DNA of 64,000 bases, counting the filler, from Candidatus Hydrogenedentota bacterium (GTDB lineage Bacteria > JBFMHD01), in the NCBI GenBank assembly GCA_040752395.1. It is 21 parts of 21 records of this genome, joined end to end, with 100 filler letters (N's around TTAATTAATTAA, not from the genome) between each part and the next. Parts side by side here need not be neighbours in the genome. Positions count along the whole stretch, not along the records: positions 14,670 to 31,472 come from JBFMHD010000034.1; 20 more parts are not named here. One strand, 5' to 3'. This document shows, piece after piece, positions 21,431 through 31,572 of this stretch. The position numbers and the translations under genes are program-made. The notes below the pieces were generated by a model, which was not told the origin of the DNA, did no database searches, and saw nothing but the letters and a program-made list of their open reading frames with translations. Each line of letters opens with the position of its first letter. Position 1 is the stretch's first letter.

Positions 21431-23548
21431 TCAGTTTTTAAATATTAATTTGCCGATACCGAGATTGCCAGCTGAATCCATAACTCGCACAGTTAAAGAA
21501 TGCATACCTGGTATTAAATCCTTCAAACAGATGTTAAACATAAAATCTTCAATCTTCGAATCAAGAACTTTATCAACCGGATAAACCATCCTCCAGTTAT
21601 CGCCATCAATCGAATACTCGATTTTAACGATGTTTGATAAATTATCTTTAGCTATGCCAGCAATTACAGCCTCAACCTTATTTTCGAGAAGACCAAATAA
21701 TAGATTTTCTACTTGTGGGTTTGTGTTATCGATAAGAAACTCCTTGCTCTCTTTTTCACTGGTCAATGATCTGTCCGGTGGCGTGCTCGGGAGATCAGAT
21801 GCTATAAGTTTAACTTTGTACCATCCGTCAGGGAAAGAAATCGTTGCTAAAGTATAGTAGTTCTGGGTGAGTTCCTGGGCGTTTTTAACAGGGTAGCCTA
21901 TCTCTGAATCTACTTCTTTTAAAAATAAAGAATATAGAAGATTATCATTATCAATATCTTCAACTACCCATGAAATTTTAACAAAATAAGATTTTCTAAC
22001 GTCGTCAATAGTAAAGGCTTTAGACTCATTTCCTTCGACTTTTAGCTCGCGGATACTTGGTTTATGGTTCTGACCAAGGACATAAAATTTTATATTATCT
22101 ATCTCTTCGTTTTTTTTCCATTCAAGAGCATATTGAAAAAATCTGCTATTTGGCAACTTGATTTTATATTCAGGTGGTTGTGATTCTAACCATTGTGACC
22201 ACGTGGGATCAAGCTCTTTAATATTTCCACAACGAACAAAAACCTTTGTAATATTTTCAGGTAAAACCTCAACTCTGCCTAATTCCGAAATACTACCAAG
22301 ATCAAATATCTTTGATTCATATCGTATCTTATCTTTCTCAAAATTAATATCTCTTACAAAATATATAAAAGCCGGGTTACCAGTTGTCAGTATTCTGATA
22401 TTGTTTTCATTGTCAGAAATAACATTCATTATACTTTGAACATTGAAATCCTTTAAAAGAGCAAACCTTCTTTCTTTTGGATATATTTGATAGACTTTAC
22501 CCTCAGGTTCAGTGCCGATATATAACGAAGAATCCTTGCCTCTGCTAATAGTAAGAATAGACTCATTGGGTATGAAAAGTGTTTTTTCTATACTTAATGA
22601 ATTAAGGTTTAATGTATATATCGAGCTGCCTGATACAACTGCTGGTGGTTTTATTTCTAACGGTTTTTTGGTTGGCGGGGGCTGCTCGAATGGGACAGTT
22701 TCAGAAAAAGATTGTAATGTCTGTAAACTTTTATCCATAGTCTGGGACTGTAATGCCTTGAAGAGCTCAAGTAATGCAGATTCTTGCTCGGCTCCTTCCT
22801 CTTTTTTAGAAATATCCTGTTTTGTTGATACACCATTTGCGACTATATATAATGTCGTGTCGGATATAAGTAATGATTTTATCTCTTTCTCTTCTAATTG
22901 ATACAACGTAGAAACACTATTATTTACAGGGTCGTATTTATATACACAACCATTATCCGACATACCGATATAAAGATATTTTTCATCACAGCAGAGCGAT
23001 AATATATTTTCACCCTTAAGAGATATAACTTCTCTTATTGTTTTACCATCAAATTCAAATAGTTTTCCAGCCGGACCGGTTCCTAAATAAACTTTATTTT
23101 TAAATATCGTGTATGACCATATAGAGATATTATCGAATTTGCATATTTGAGATAGCCCATCTGGTGTCAAAAGAAAGATGCAACCGTCAGGGATACCTGT
23201 GGCATAGATATTGCCATTACACTCGAATATTGCTGTTATAATGAGGTCGCTGGTGTCGAATTCTTTTATTATTTGATTATCTTTTATTACATAGATTTTT
23301 CCATCGTTTCCAGAGCCAACATAGGTGATATCATGTTTTGTTAACACAGACCACAAAACAAGTGATTTTAAAGAAATAAAATCAAAAATAATCGTGGGTG
23401 CTATCTTGCCGTCGCTATATATAGCAATGTTTTCAAGTTTACCCTGTAGAAAATCATTATAATCATCGTCTTTAAAAGAGCGAGTATTCAAAGCATTTAA
23501 AGAAGATACAATAAAAAATAAAGATATAATCATTAAACTTTTTTTCAT
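21431..23548 (-). CDS. Secreted beta-propeller plus C-terminal Ig/FN3-like protein
   Basis: Signal peptide, repeated YxGxG..GKxY blades, FFQY and EYSIDG..W motifs. Confidence 0.75.
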   Translation of the reverse strand: MKKSLMIISLFFIVSSLNALNTRSFKDDDYNDFLQGKLENIAIYSDGKIAPTIIFDFISLKSLVLWSVLTKHDITYVGSGNDGKIYVIKDNQIIKEFDTSDLIITAIFECNGNIYATGIPDGCIFLLTPDGLSQICKFDNISIWSYTIFKNKVYLGTGPAGKLFEFDGKTIREVISLKGENILSLCCDEKYLYIGMSDNGCVYKYDPVNNSVSTLYQLEEKEIKSLLISDTTLYIVANGVSTKQDISKKEEGAEQESALLELFKALQSQTMDKSLQTLQSFSETVPFEQPPPTKKPLEIKPPAVVSGSSIYTLNLNSLSIEKTLFIPNESILTISRGKDSSLYIGTEPEGKVYQIYPKERRFALLKDFNVQSIMNVISDNENNIRILTTGNPAFIYFVRDINFEKDKIRYESKIFDLGSISELGRVEVLPENITKVFVRCGNIKELDPTWSQWLESQPPEYKIKLPNSRFFQYALEWKKNEEIDNIKFYVLGQNHKPSIRELKVEGNESKAFTIDDVRKSYFVKISWVVEDIDNDNLLYSLFLKEVDSEIGYPVKNAQELTQNYYTLATISFPDGWYKVKLIASDLPSTPPDRSLTSEKESKEFLIDNTNPQVENLLFGLLENKVEAVIAGIAKDNLSNIVKIEYSIDGDNWRMVYPVDKVLDSKIEDFMFNICLKDLIPGMHSLTVRVMDSAGNLGIGKLIFKN

Positions 23549-25224
23549 CGCTTTACCTCACTCAATATCTGGATAGTGGTTATTAGACTTCCCTGAAGTA
23601 TCCAGGGGAGATCAATTCTGTATTGGATTGTTTCAAATTTTACCTTATTGAAAGTTGAATTTGTCTGTTTTAATATTTTTTTATACGTTGGAGGAAGATT
23701 TTTGAAAATTTTACCCTGATATTCTATCTGCTCAGAAGGTATAGTAAGCTCCACAACAATCTGATCCATTTTTGGCATATCATTAAAATAGTCTATATAT
23801 TGTTCAGTATTAAATGGGAGAGGTCTATTTGGTTCTGCTTCACCGCCTGATTTTAATGCTATAACTAATGACCTATTGTCTGGCAGATTATCGGGTAATT
23901 TAAAAGAAATCGGATGTAAGATAACATCGGATTGATTATAAGGTAATAATTTCAGAATAAAATTAACAGTATCTCCAGGGAAAACGCATCTCTCAGTAGG
24001 GATAACCTCGACGAGTCTCGCTGTATCCCGACCTGGTAGCTGTCCTATATCACAATTAACAGATGTTATTTCAATATCACTGTATGGACTCGAGACAGAT
24101 TGCAAGAAAAACATAAGTACATCAAGACTGAACCCGCTGTCCTGACTGAAAAATTTATCGTCAAGTTTTATTGTCTTACCATTATCAAGTTGTACTTTTA
24201 AAAGAACTTTTATAGTATTAGAACTCCTTTCATTTAAAGAGGAACTTATAGCTTCAAGTATTGAGATTAATATAAGTTTTGGAGAGAGATTTTTATGTTT
24301 AATGACCTCTGTATTAAAAGTATCACAAAAACCTGATTCGAGATTAGAGACATTTATTTTAACAGGGATCACAGGAGATTTAACATTTGATACCCCTGTT
24401 ATACAAGCGAGCCGGTCTCCTATGATAGCTCCAGCATCTTCTTTATATGCAGAGCCGAATTTAAATGATCTGCTTAAAGAAGAAAATATATAATCTATTT
24501 TAGCGAGAGAGTAGGGAATGTTTGTTTTACCAATCTCTAAGAAAGGGTGACCAAACGCAGCAATTGTATCGCCGTCCACGTATGTTACGGTTCCTATAGC
24601 ATCAAAACATATATCGCCCTTAATCAACCTCACAGCAAGTGCGCTACCAGGGTAGAGATTCCTGTCAGCCGGCATATCATTAATCTGTCCGCCTCCAAGG
24701 ATGGGCTCGAAACCATATTCTTTAAATAATTCTTTTGTGAACCCCAATGTTTTATTACTGATACCTGAAACCATTAAAGGTGTTTCAATTGGTTTCAAAT
24801 CTACTGAAGAAAGAGTATCAGAAGATGAGATATTTGTTATAGGTGTGCTGCTGCTTCTATTTATTTCTCTTAAAATATTTGTAATCGGTGTCACAGCACA
24901 GATCGGTTCCTTGGCAAAACCCCAGCCATAACCAACTGCACCGATGAGTCTGCCATTTATATAAATCGGGCTCCCGCTCATACCTGCTACGATACCTGAA
25001 TACTCAAGATTTTTTCCAGAACATTTTATAAGTATCAAATCCTGTTTTGGGAAAGCGTTCTCAATGAATCCTATTATCTCAACGTTAAATTTTTCAGGTG
25101 TAACACCTTCAAACACAGTAAGACCATAGCCCTTCATCCCGATTTTAAGCCAGCTTAATTCATCATCAAGTCCAGCTAATAAACTCGAAGTAAAAATAAA
25201 TAAGATAAGAAACATTTTTCGCAT
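23545..25224 (-). CDS. SpoIVB peptidase S55 domain protein
   Basis: GMKGYGLTVF, GIVAGMSGSPIY and AFGHPF motifs. Confidence 0.88.
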   Translation of the reverse strand: MRKMFLILFIFTSSLLAGLDDELSWLKIGMKGYGLTVFEGVTPEKFNVEIIGFIENAFPKQDLILIKCSGKNLEYSGIVAGMSGSPIYINGRLIGAVGYGWGFAKEPICAVTPITNILREINRSSSTPITNISSSDTLSSVDLKPIETPLMVSGISNKTLGFTKELFKEYGFEPILGGGQINDMPADRNLYPGSALAVRLIKGDICFDAIGTVTYVDGDTIAAFGHPFLEIGKTNIPYSLAKIDYIFSSLSRSFKFGSAYKEDAGAIIGDRLACITGVSNVKSPVIPVKINVSNLESGFCDTFNTEVIKHKNLSPKLILISILEAISSSLNERSSNTIKVLLKVQLDNGKTIKLDDKFFSQDSGFSLDVLMFFLQSVSSPYSDIEITSVNCDIGQLPGRDTARLVEVIPTERCVFPGDTVNFILKLLPYNQSDVILHPISFKLPDNLPDNRSLVIALKSGGEAEPNRPLPFNTEQYIDYFNDMPKMDQIVVELTIPSEQIEYQGKIFKNLPPTYKKILKQTNSTFNKVKFETIQYRIDLPWILQGSLITTIQILSEVKR

Positions 25225-25359
25225 ATTTAAAACATATAATATTTTCAAAACATTTGCAAGTTTAAAACCACATAACTACAAACTCCTTGACTTATTTTCT
25301 CCCAAAGTATAGAAAAAAGACAATGAATATTATTAAAATTGAGGGAGGAATACGGATAG

Positions 25360-26211
25360 TTGAGCAGATTGGATAATAAATTAATTGAAAAATTAAAAGA
25401 ATACTTTTACGGAAGAGAAGATGTTATAATGGCTTTTATTTTTGGGTCATATGCTACAAACCAGGTGCATTCTGAGTCAGATATGGACATTGCGGTTTAT
25501 TTCAAACCTGAATCATCACGTATGGTTGAAATAGAGACTGCAAAACAATACCAGAATGAAGATGAAATATGGGCAAGTGTGGAAAAGATATCGGGAATAA
25601 ACACAGATTTGGTTGTACTTAACCGTGCGCGCTCAACATTATCATTTAATATATTAAAAAAGGGGCTTCCATTATCTATAAAAGACAGGGATACATATTT
25701 AAAATTTTATTTGGCAGTAAGTGCTGAAGCAGAAGAATTCAGGGGATTTGTAAAGGATTATTGGGAGATTTACCAGAGGTCCCGGTCTTTATCTGATACT
25801 GACAAAACAAGATTAATGGAAATTCTGCATTTTATGGATACAGAAATAAAGGAATTTCCTTTATATAAAGAGATGGATTTTAAAAAATTTAAGAATGATA
25901 AATTTTTCAGAAGAAACGTCGAGAGATGGACAGAAACTCTGACAATGGCATTGATGGACACCGCGAAGATAATTATGTCGTCAAGCAATCAGGAGATGCC
26001 GGAAACTTACTATAATTGTCTGCTGGAATTCGGTATGTTTATAAAATTAAGCGAAGATGAAACCAGGCGATTGGCAGGATATGCGAAACTAAGAAACATA
26101 CTTGTGCACGAGTATCTCGACATCAGGTTCGGCAGAATCAGGGAATTCATAGACACTGCGTACCCTTTATACGTTGCAGTAATAGACAAAGTAAAAAAGA
26201 TGATAGAGTAA
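25360..26211 (+). CDS. Fused MNT nucleotidyltransferase-HEPN (DUF86) protein
   Basis: FGSYA...SDMDIAV in the N-terminus; RNILVHEY (Rx4H) in the C-terminus. Confidence 0.88.
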   Translation: MSRLDNKLIEKLKEYFYGREDVIMAFIFGSYATNQVHSESDMDIAVYFKPESSRMVEIETAKQYQNEDEIWASVEKISGINTDLVVLNRARSTLSFNILKKGLPLSIKDRDTYLKFYLAVSAEAEEFRGFVKDYWEIYQRSRSLSDTDKTRLMEILHFMDTEIKEFPLYKEMDFKKFKNDKFFRRNVERWTETLTMALMDTAKIIMSSSNQEMPETYYNCLLEFGMFIKLSEDETRRLAGYAKLRNILVHEYLDIRFGRIREFIDTAYPLYVAVIDKVKKMIE

Positions 26212-26246
26212 CAGTTTATAACAACTGTTAAGATGTGGCAGGCTGA

Positions 26247-27353
26247 TTATAAAATTTTGTCCCAGTATTTCAACACAGGGTCATAACCCATTGATTTTAT
26301 AGCTGCTACTACTTCTTCTATACACCGTTTATCTTCTACTTCAAATTGCTCGCCTTTTTTATCAGGATTAATGTACCCACCGGGTTCGGTTCTGCTACCA
26401 GCACTCATTCGCGTTATACCAAGTTTCATTAGATTATCTCTTAGAAATGGCGATTCCCGAGTAGATAAATTAATCCCTATATCAGGGAAAGTAATACGTA
26501 GAACTGTTATTAATTGAACTAATTCTTTATCACTCAGAGGATATGGTGGTTCAAAATTAGCGTAGGATGGACAGATACGAGGTACACTTACAGAAACAAT
26601 TGCTCTAAACCAGTGTTTTATCAGATATTTGATATGGAAGTATAAATAAATAGCTTCTTCCTGCCAGGTGTTCAACCCGAGTAATGAACCTATACCAATA
26701 AACCGTACCCCTGCGTAAGCTGCACGTTCAACTGTCTCTATACGAAATTTATAATCTTTTTTTCTACCACCAAGATGATAGTTCTTATAAATTTCAGGAT
26801 TGTATGTCTCCTGATAGCATACAACACCATCACAACCTATTGATTTGAGTACCTCATATTCATTTATTTCTAAAGGTTCAACCTCTATTGAGACAATCGA
26901 AAAATATCTATGTGCAATCTCAACTGACTTTTTTAAGTAATCAAGATTGATTATTTTTTTATGTTCACCACAAACAAGTAAAACGTCATCGAACCCTTTG
27001 CTTTTTAAATAACGACACTCTTTTTCTATCTCATCAAACTTTAACGTTTTTCTTTGTATTTTATTGGTTTGTGAATAACCGCAATAAACGCAGGTAGATA
27101 CACATTCATTTGATAGATATAAAGGGGCATAAAGCGAGATGGTCTTACCAAAACGTTTTATTGTAATCTTTTGTGAAGCTTGTGCCATCGCTTCAAGATA
27201 AGATATTGCATTCTCTGAAATTAAATATAAAAAATCAGTAAGAGATTGCACACCATCTTGAAGAATACTTTGTATGTCTTCTTTTTTTAAGTCTTTGATT
27301 TTATTTAGTTCTCTTTTTATATTAATAGTTTCTAATTCGTTATAAAAGCTCAT
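26247..27353 (-). CDS. thiH: 2-iminoacetate synthase (radical SAM)
   Basis: YAPLYLSNECVSTCVYCGY, YQETY, LSTRE and SAGSRTEPGGY; downstream of thiG. Confidence 0.95.
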   Translation of the reverse strand: MSFYNELETINIKRELNKIKDLKKEDIQSILQDGVQSLTDFLYLISENAISYLEAMAQASQKITIKRFGKTISLYAPLYLSNECVSTCVYCGYSQTNKIQRKTLKFDEIEKECRYLKSKGFDDVLLVCGEHKKIINLDYLKKSVEIAHRYFSIVSIEVEPLEINEYEVLKSIGCDGVVCYQETYNPEIYKNYHLGGRKKDYKFRIETVERAAYAGVRFIGIGSLLGLNTWQEEAIYLYFHIKYLIKHWFRAIVSVSVPRICPSYANFEPPYPLSDKELVQLITVLRITFPDIGINLSTRESPFLRDNLMKLGITRMSAGSRTEPGGYINPDKKGEQFEVEDKRCIEEVVAAIKSMGYDPVLKYWDKIL

Positions 27354-27402
27354 ATTTCAACATAGGGGCTTTGCCCGTTATAGCGTTCTTCACCTTCTAC
27401 TT

Positions 27403-27560
27403 CTCTGAAAAAGCTCGGAGTTCGGAGCTCGGATCTATTATTACGAACTCCTAACTTCTATCTTTTTCATCTTCTGTGCCTTTGTGCCTTTGTGCCTCTG
27501 TGCCTCTTTCGTTATCTTTCTTTCCGTTATCTTGCCTATTGCTTCTTGCTTCTTAACTAA
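27403..27560. repeat. Repeat mosaic between thiG and thiH
   Basis: CTCTGAAAAA, GGAGTTC/AACTCC hairpin, TTTGTGCC x4 and TCTTGCT tract. Confidence 0.88.
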
Positions 27561-27566
27561 CCCTAT

Positions 27567-28352
27567 CTATGAATGAGGGATTTCTAAAAAATCCGTTAAT
27601 GGAGAAGTTGGGGAAGCAAGATCGTGTTTTTTAGGTAGCCCTGATAGATAAGCGAGTCTGCCTGCATCGACTGCTTGATTAAATGCTTTTGCCAATCCTA
27701 CAGGGTCATGTGATGTTGCTATCGCTGTGTTAACAAGAACGCCGCTTGAGCCAAGTTCCATACACCGCATAGCATCTGATGGTCTACCAATACCGGCATC
27801 GATTATTACAGGTACATTTGATCTCTCAATGATTATTTTTATAAAATCCTCAGTCTGTATACCTTTATTAGTTCCGATTGGTGAGCCAAGTGGCATAACA
27901 CAAGCACAGCCAGCTTCTTCAAGCCGTTTTGCTAATACAGGGTCAGCATGTATATAAGGAAGTACAACAAAACCATCTTTAACAAGTTCTATAGAAGCCT
28001 GTAGTGTTTCAACAGGGTCAGGCATTAAATGGTAATTATCAGGATGTATCTCAAGTTTTATCCAGTTAAAACCACCTATTTCACGACATAGATGAGCGAT
28101 TCTAATAGCCTCAGATGAGGTAGTTGCACCTGAGGTATTGGGTACTACCCTGAATTTTGAGGTGTCTATGTAAGATAATATAGGATCAGACGTATCCTTA
28201 AAATTGACCCGTCTTAAAGCTACGGTAACAAAGCCAGGATTTACAGCCTCCAGGGTCTCTTTCATTACACTGCCAGATGCAAATTTGCCAGTACCTATAA
28301 ACAATCTTGAAGATAATTTACATCCAGCGATAATCAGATTGTCATCTATCAT
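27567..28352 (-). CDS. thiG: Thiazole synthase
   Basis: SRLFIGTGKF, PNTSG, WIKLE, MPLGSPIG and DAGIG; start moved to 28352 because the longer ORF runs into the repeat. Confidence 0.96.
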   Translation of the reverse strand: MIDDNLIIAGCKLSSRLFIGTGKFASGSVMKETLEAVNPGFVTVALRRVNFKDTSDPILSYIDTSKFRVVPNTSGATTSSEAIRIAHLCREIGGFNWIKLEIHPDNYHLMPDPVETLQASIELVKDGFVVLPYIHADPVLAKRLEEAGCACVMPLGSPIGTNKGIQTEDFIKIIIERSNVPVIIDAGIGRPSDAMRCMELGSSGVLVNTAIATSHDPVGLAKAFNQAVDAGRLAYLSGLPKKHDLASPTSPLTDFLEIPHS

Positions 28353-28438
28353 CTTTTGACTTCTCTCTTTAAGCGTTATAAATTCAGTTAGATAAAAGCA
28401 ACATAATTTTATTATGTCAATATAAAATCTTAGACCGT

Positions 28439-28785
28439 GGTCTCCTCTGAAAAACATTGTAACTCTAATAATATCAAGTAGAAGCAAGAAGCAAGATAAC
28501 GGAAGAAGTGAGAGGTGTCAGGACGGGCTACAGGCTACAGGCTACGGACTACAGCCGGCTGGAGCCAAAAGCCAAAAGCCTGCTGAAAAGTCTTGAGTCT
28601 TGAGTCTTGAGTCCTGTTTTGACTCACGACTTGCGACTCACGACTCTTTTCATATCATCTTTAGTTTTTCATCCTTTGTGTAGAGCGCAAAAACGCAAGA
28701 ACCCAAGAACCCAATAGTGTAGAGCGCAAACCGCGCTCATGTTGACTCCTTCGAAAAAGTTCGGAGTTCGGAGCTCGGAGCTATT
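28439..28785 (-). repeat. Full-length reference copy of the composite repeat (~310 bp plus an AACTCCG module)
   Basis: TTTTTCGAAGGAG, CATGAGCGC hairpin, TTGGGTTC tract, GAGTC hairpin, GGCT hairpin, TCTTGCT tract, TTTTTCAGAGGAGACC. Confidence 0.97.
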
Positions 28786-28978
28786 AATTTTCAACTGAGC
28801 AAAAATCATCTAAAAAAAGAAGAGGCGATTAAGAGACTGAAAACTATAAGGGGAAAAACCCACTTTAAGTTAAGTTCAAACACATGGAAACGAGAGAAAG
28901 TGTATGAAAGATAAATATTTTATAGACACCAACATCTTTTTTGATATGATATGAGCTGTGATTTCACTTGCTTAAAAG

Positions 28979-29911
28979 TTATAAGAAATTCGATTTGGGG
29001 TTATCTGCCTCTATAACTCCAAAGTCTATTTTTAATGCTTTTTGTGGACATAATGATACACAGATCCCGCAATAAATACAAGTTGAGTTCCCAAGTGATA
29101 TTTCCTTATCATTTTTGATTAAATTAGACACCTCTATACCCATCTGACAATTCTCATCACAGACTTTGCAATCACTACAATTACCAGTAGATGTAATCAC
29201 TGGCATGGAGGATCGTGAACCAACGTATTCCATAAATTGGGAAAGGGGGCATAGGAACCTGCAAAAAAATCTATTACCAATAAAGTAAAATAATAGAATA
29301 TTTAAAATAAAACCAATATAAAAATAAAATACTATTGAATAATGAATAATAAATTTTTTAAAAAGTTTGACATTCTGCTGTGAGAAACCAGTGTAGTAAT
29401 AGATAAAGATAAATAGCAGAGATAGGATCAAGAATAACCATCTTAGTTTAGTGAGAGAGTTGAATTTATTTGCTTTATGACTTTTTTTTCTAAAGATATC
29501 ACCCGATGTTTCAGAGAGTATTCCAAAAGGACAGAGATAAGAACAAAATCTTTTACCGTGTATAAAAATAACGATAGGTAAAACAACAAAGGTTATGAAT
29601 ACTGTTACGTAGAAGTAAAAATTATGTGAGCTGAACAAGATATTATCTAAAAAAAGCGGGTAGGGGATAGTTAAGCCGTAGCTATGCCAGTAGTCTTCAA
29701 AACCTATACCTTTAATTTTTATGGCGAATCTGAAAACAAGCTCAGGAATTATAAAGAATAGAAATATATGGGAACATAGAAGAAAAATATATCTGGTTTT
29801 CTGCAGCGGATATTGTTTCCATTTCCTGAAAGCTATCACCCAGAATATAAGAATTATGACGGCATAAATGAGAGCGATATAAAATCCGAATAAAGAGGAT
29901 AAGAGCCACAT
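28979..29911 (-). CDS. NapH/MauN-like membrane 4Fe-4S binding protein
   Basis: GKRFCSYLCP, RFFCRFLCP and two ferredoxin motifs. Confidence 0.88.
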   Translation of the reverse strand: MWLLSSLFGFYIALIYAVIILIFWVIAFRKWKQYPLQKTRYIFLLCSHIFLFFIIPELVFRFAIKIKGIGFEDYWHSYGLTIPYPLFLDNILFSSHNFYFYVTVFITFVVLPIVIFIHGKRFCSYLCPFGILSETSGDIFRKKSHKANKFNSLTKLRWLFLILSLLFIFIYYYTGFSQQNVKLFKKFIIHYSIVFYFYIGFILNILLFYFIGNRFFCRFLCPLSQFMEYVGSRSSMPVITSTGNCSDCKVCDENCQMGIEVSNLIKNDKEISLGNSTCIYCGICVSLCPQKALKIDFGVIEADNPKSNFL

Positions 29912-30021
29912 TATAAAAAATTATAAATAGTAGATTAGAAATTGTAAAGTTGTAATTGCTTATAAATAAGAAATAAGAAAGTGGAAATAACGGCAAAAGA
30001 ATGATAATAGATTTTTTCGGG

Positions 30022-30642
30022 TTATTGAACGCAGTGGGTTGAATAGGTTTTCCATGATGTGCGAAATAAGAAAGGGTATCTGAGTCCGAATCTTTGTAAA
30101 AAGATTATACTTTTTTTATCTGATGGGTAGCCTGAACCGCAATTACCATACCTTAACCTTATTTTATCGATTATTCTATCTCGGATAACTTTGGCAATGA
30201 TTGATGCTGCGGAACAGACAATATAATTCTCATCAGCTTTATGTTCTAAAATAATATCTTTAGATGGGAATAAATTATTGAGTTCTTGTAAGTATTGTTT
30301 GATATTTTTTACTGGTGAATCAATAAATGCAGTGGTAAAATTATGTTTTTTTAAGAGGGAGTAGATAATTCGCATCTCTAATTTGTTAAGATTATCACCA
30401 GGCATATTTATAGCAGAATCGATTATTCGAGGCATCACCTTAATATAATGATGAAATCTTGAGTTTTGCAATATTATATCGTATAAATATTCACGCTGTT
30501 TTTTTGTTAATTTCTTTGAGTCTTTAATTTTAAATAGCTTAAGCTTAGCTATATTACAAGGTTCAACCCAGACAGCGGCTACAACCATAGGACCAAGCAC
30601 AGGTCCCCTGCCAGCCTCATCTATACCAACAAAAATACTCAT
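30022..30642 (-). CDS. rnhB: Ribonuclease HII, archaeal/eukaryotic-type signature
   Basis: GIDEAGRGPVLGPMV, DSKKL, EHKAD, SAASIIAKV.RD, GSGYPSD and RTSWKT. Confidence 0.93.
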   Translation of the reverse strand: MSIFVGIDEAGRGPVLGPMVVAAVWVEPCNIAKLKLFKIKDSKKLTKKQREYLYDIILQNSRFHHYIKVMPRIIDSAINMPGDNLNKLEMRIIYSLLKKHNFTTAFIDSPVKNIKQYLQELNNLFPSKDIILEHKADENYIVCSAASIIAKVIRDRIIDKIRLRYGNCGSGYPSDKKSIIFLQRFGLRYPFLFRTSWKTYSTHCVQ

Positions 30643-30920
30643 AGAATTACAATATTTTATAATAAAAAATTTTTCAATAAAATACTTGACAAAATTTTAT
30701 AAAATGCGATATAATTAATTATTCAAAAATTGACGTAATAGTGGGTTATACATTTTTGTTGCAAATAAAGATATATTTTGAAACATAGCAAGTTATGATG
30801 AATAATTTAGTTAATCTTTATCTTACCTGTAATGTAAAATAAAGTTAAAAACATATTAAACTCTCAAGGCTTGTTAGGTTTTTGCCTCTCAAAAGCAAGG
30901 TGTAATAGGGTATTTAATCA

Positions 30921-31313
30921 ATGGGAATGATATGCAAAGATATTGAGATAGATGGAAAAAAGTTTTGGACATTGTTTGATACAGGTTCGAGAAATAATTA
31001 TATATTAAAAAAAGCAGCTTCTGGCAAACTGCAAATCGGTTTAATTAAAAAACAGAGTGTTTTACTTGGTGGCAAAGTGCATAGTGTTGAGAAGTTATGT
31101 ATTTTACAGGGGTTTATCAGAGGATATCCTATTCAAATGCATGCAAGAGTATTAGACGAGATTGGAATTGATGAAAGAGGTAAAGAGATTGAGATTCTAT
31201 TCGGTGCGTTATCGATGCAGGAATGGGGCATTGTTTTAGTGCCTGAAAAAGAGGCGCTTGATATGAGTCATTACCCAAAAGAGTTCATTGAGTTTTATGT
31301 TAGAGAAGGTTAA
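30921..31313 (+). CDS. Retropepsin-like aspartyl protease
   Basis: LFDTGS and ILFG...MQEWGI motifs. Confidence 0.7.
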   Translation: MGMICKDIEIDGKKFWTLFDTGSRNNYILKKAASGKLQIGLIKKQSVLLGGKVHSVEKLCILQGFIRGYPIQMHARVLDEIGIDERGKEIEILFGALSMQEWGIVLVPEKEALDMSHYPKEFIEFYVREG

Positions 31314-31316
31314 CTC

Positions 31317-31472
31317 GGAGTCGTCATGAGCGCGGTTTGCGCTCTACACTATTTGGTTATTGGGTTATTGGGTTATTGCGTTTTTGCGTTTTTGCGCTCT
31401 ACACAAAGGATGAAAAACTAAAGATGATATGAAAAGAGTCGTGAGTCGCAAGTCGTGAGTCAAAACAGGACT
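31317..31472 (+). repeat. Composite repeat, left part (runs into contig end)
   Basis: GGAG-TCGT-CATGAGCGCGGTTTGCGCTCTACAC...GAGTC hairpin. Confidence 0.95.
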
Positions 31473-31572
31473 NNNNNNNNNNNNNNNNNNNNNNNNNNNN
31501 NNNNNNNNNNNNNNNNTTAATTAATTAANNNNNNNNNNNNNNNNNNNNNNNNNNNNNNNNNNNNNNNNNNNN

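Noticed and set aside
28353-28440. TPP riboswitch upstream of thiG
   Set aside because: No CTGAGA...ACCTGA core visible; the upstream region is occupied by the repeat
28439-28785. Repeat family read as a CRISPR array
   Set aside because: No constant repeat alternating with unique spacers; copies are dispersed; no cas genes
28800-28955. PIN toxin start (MKDKYFIDTNIF) and antitoxin tail
   Set aside because: Only about 16 codons remain; a probable TA relic, too short to call as a feature
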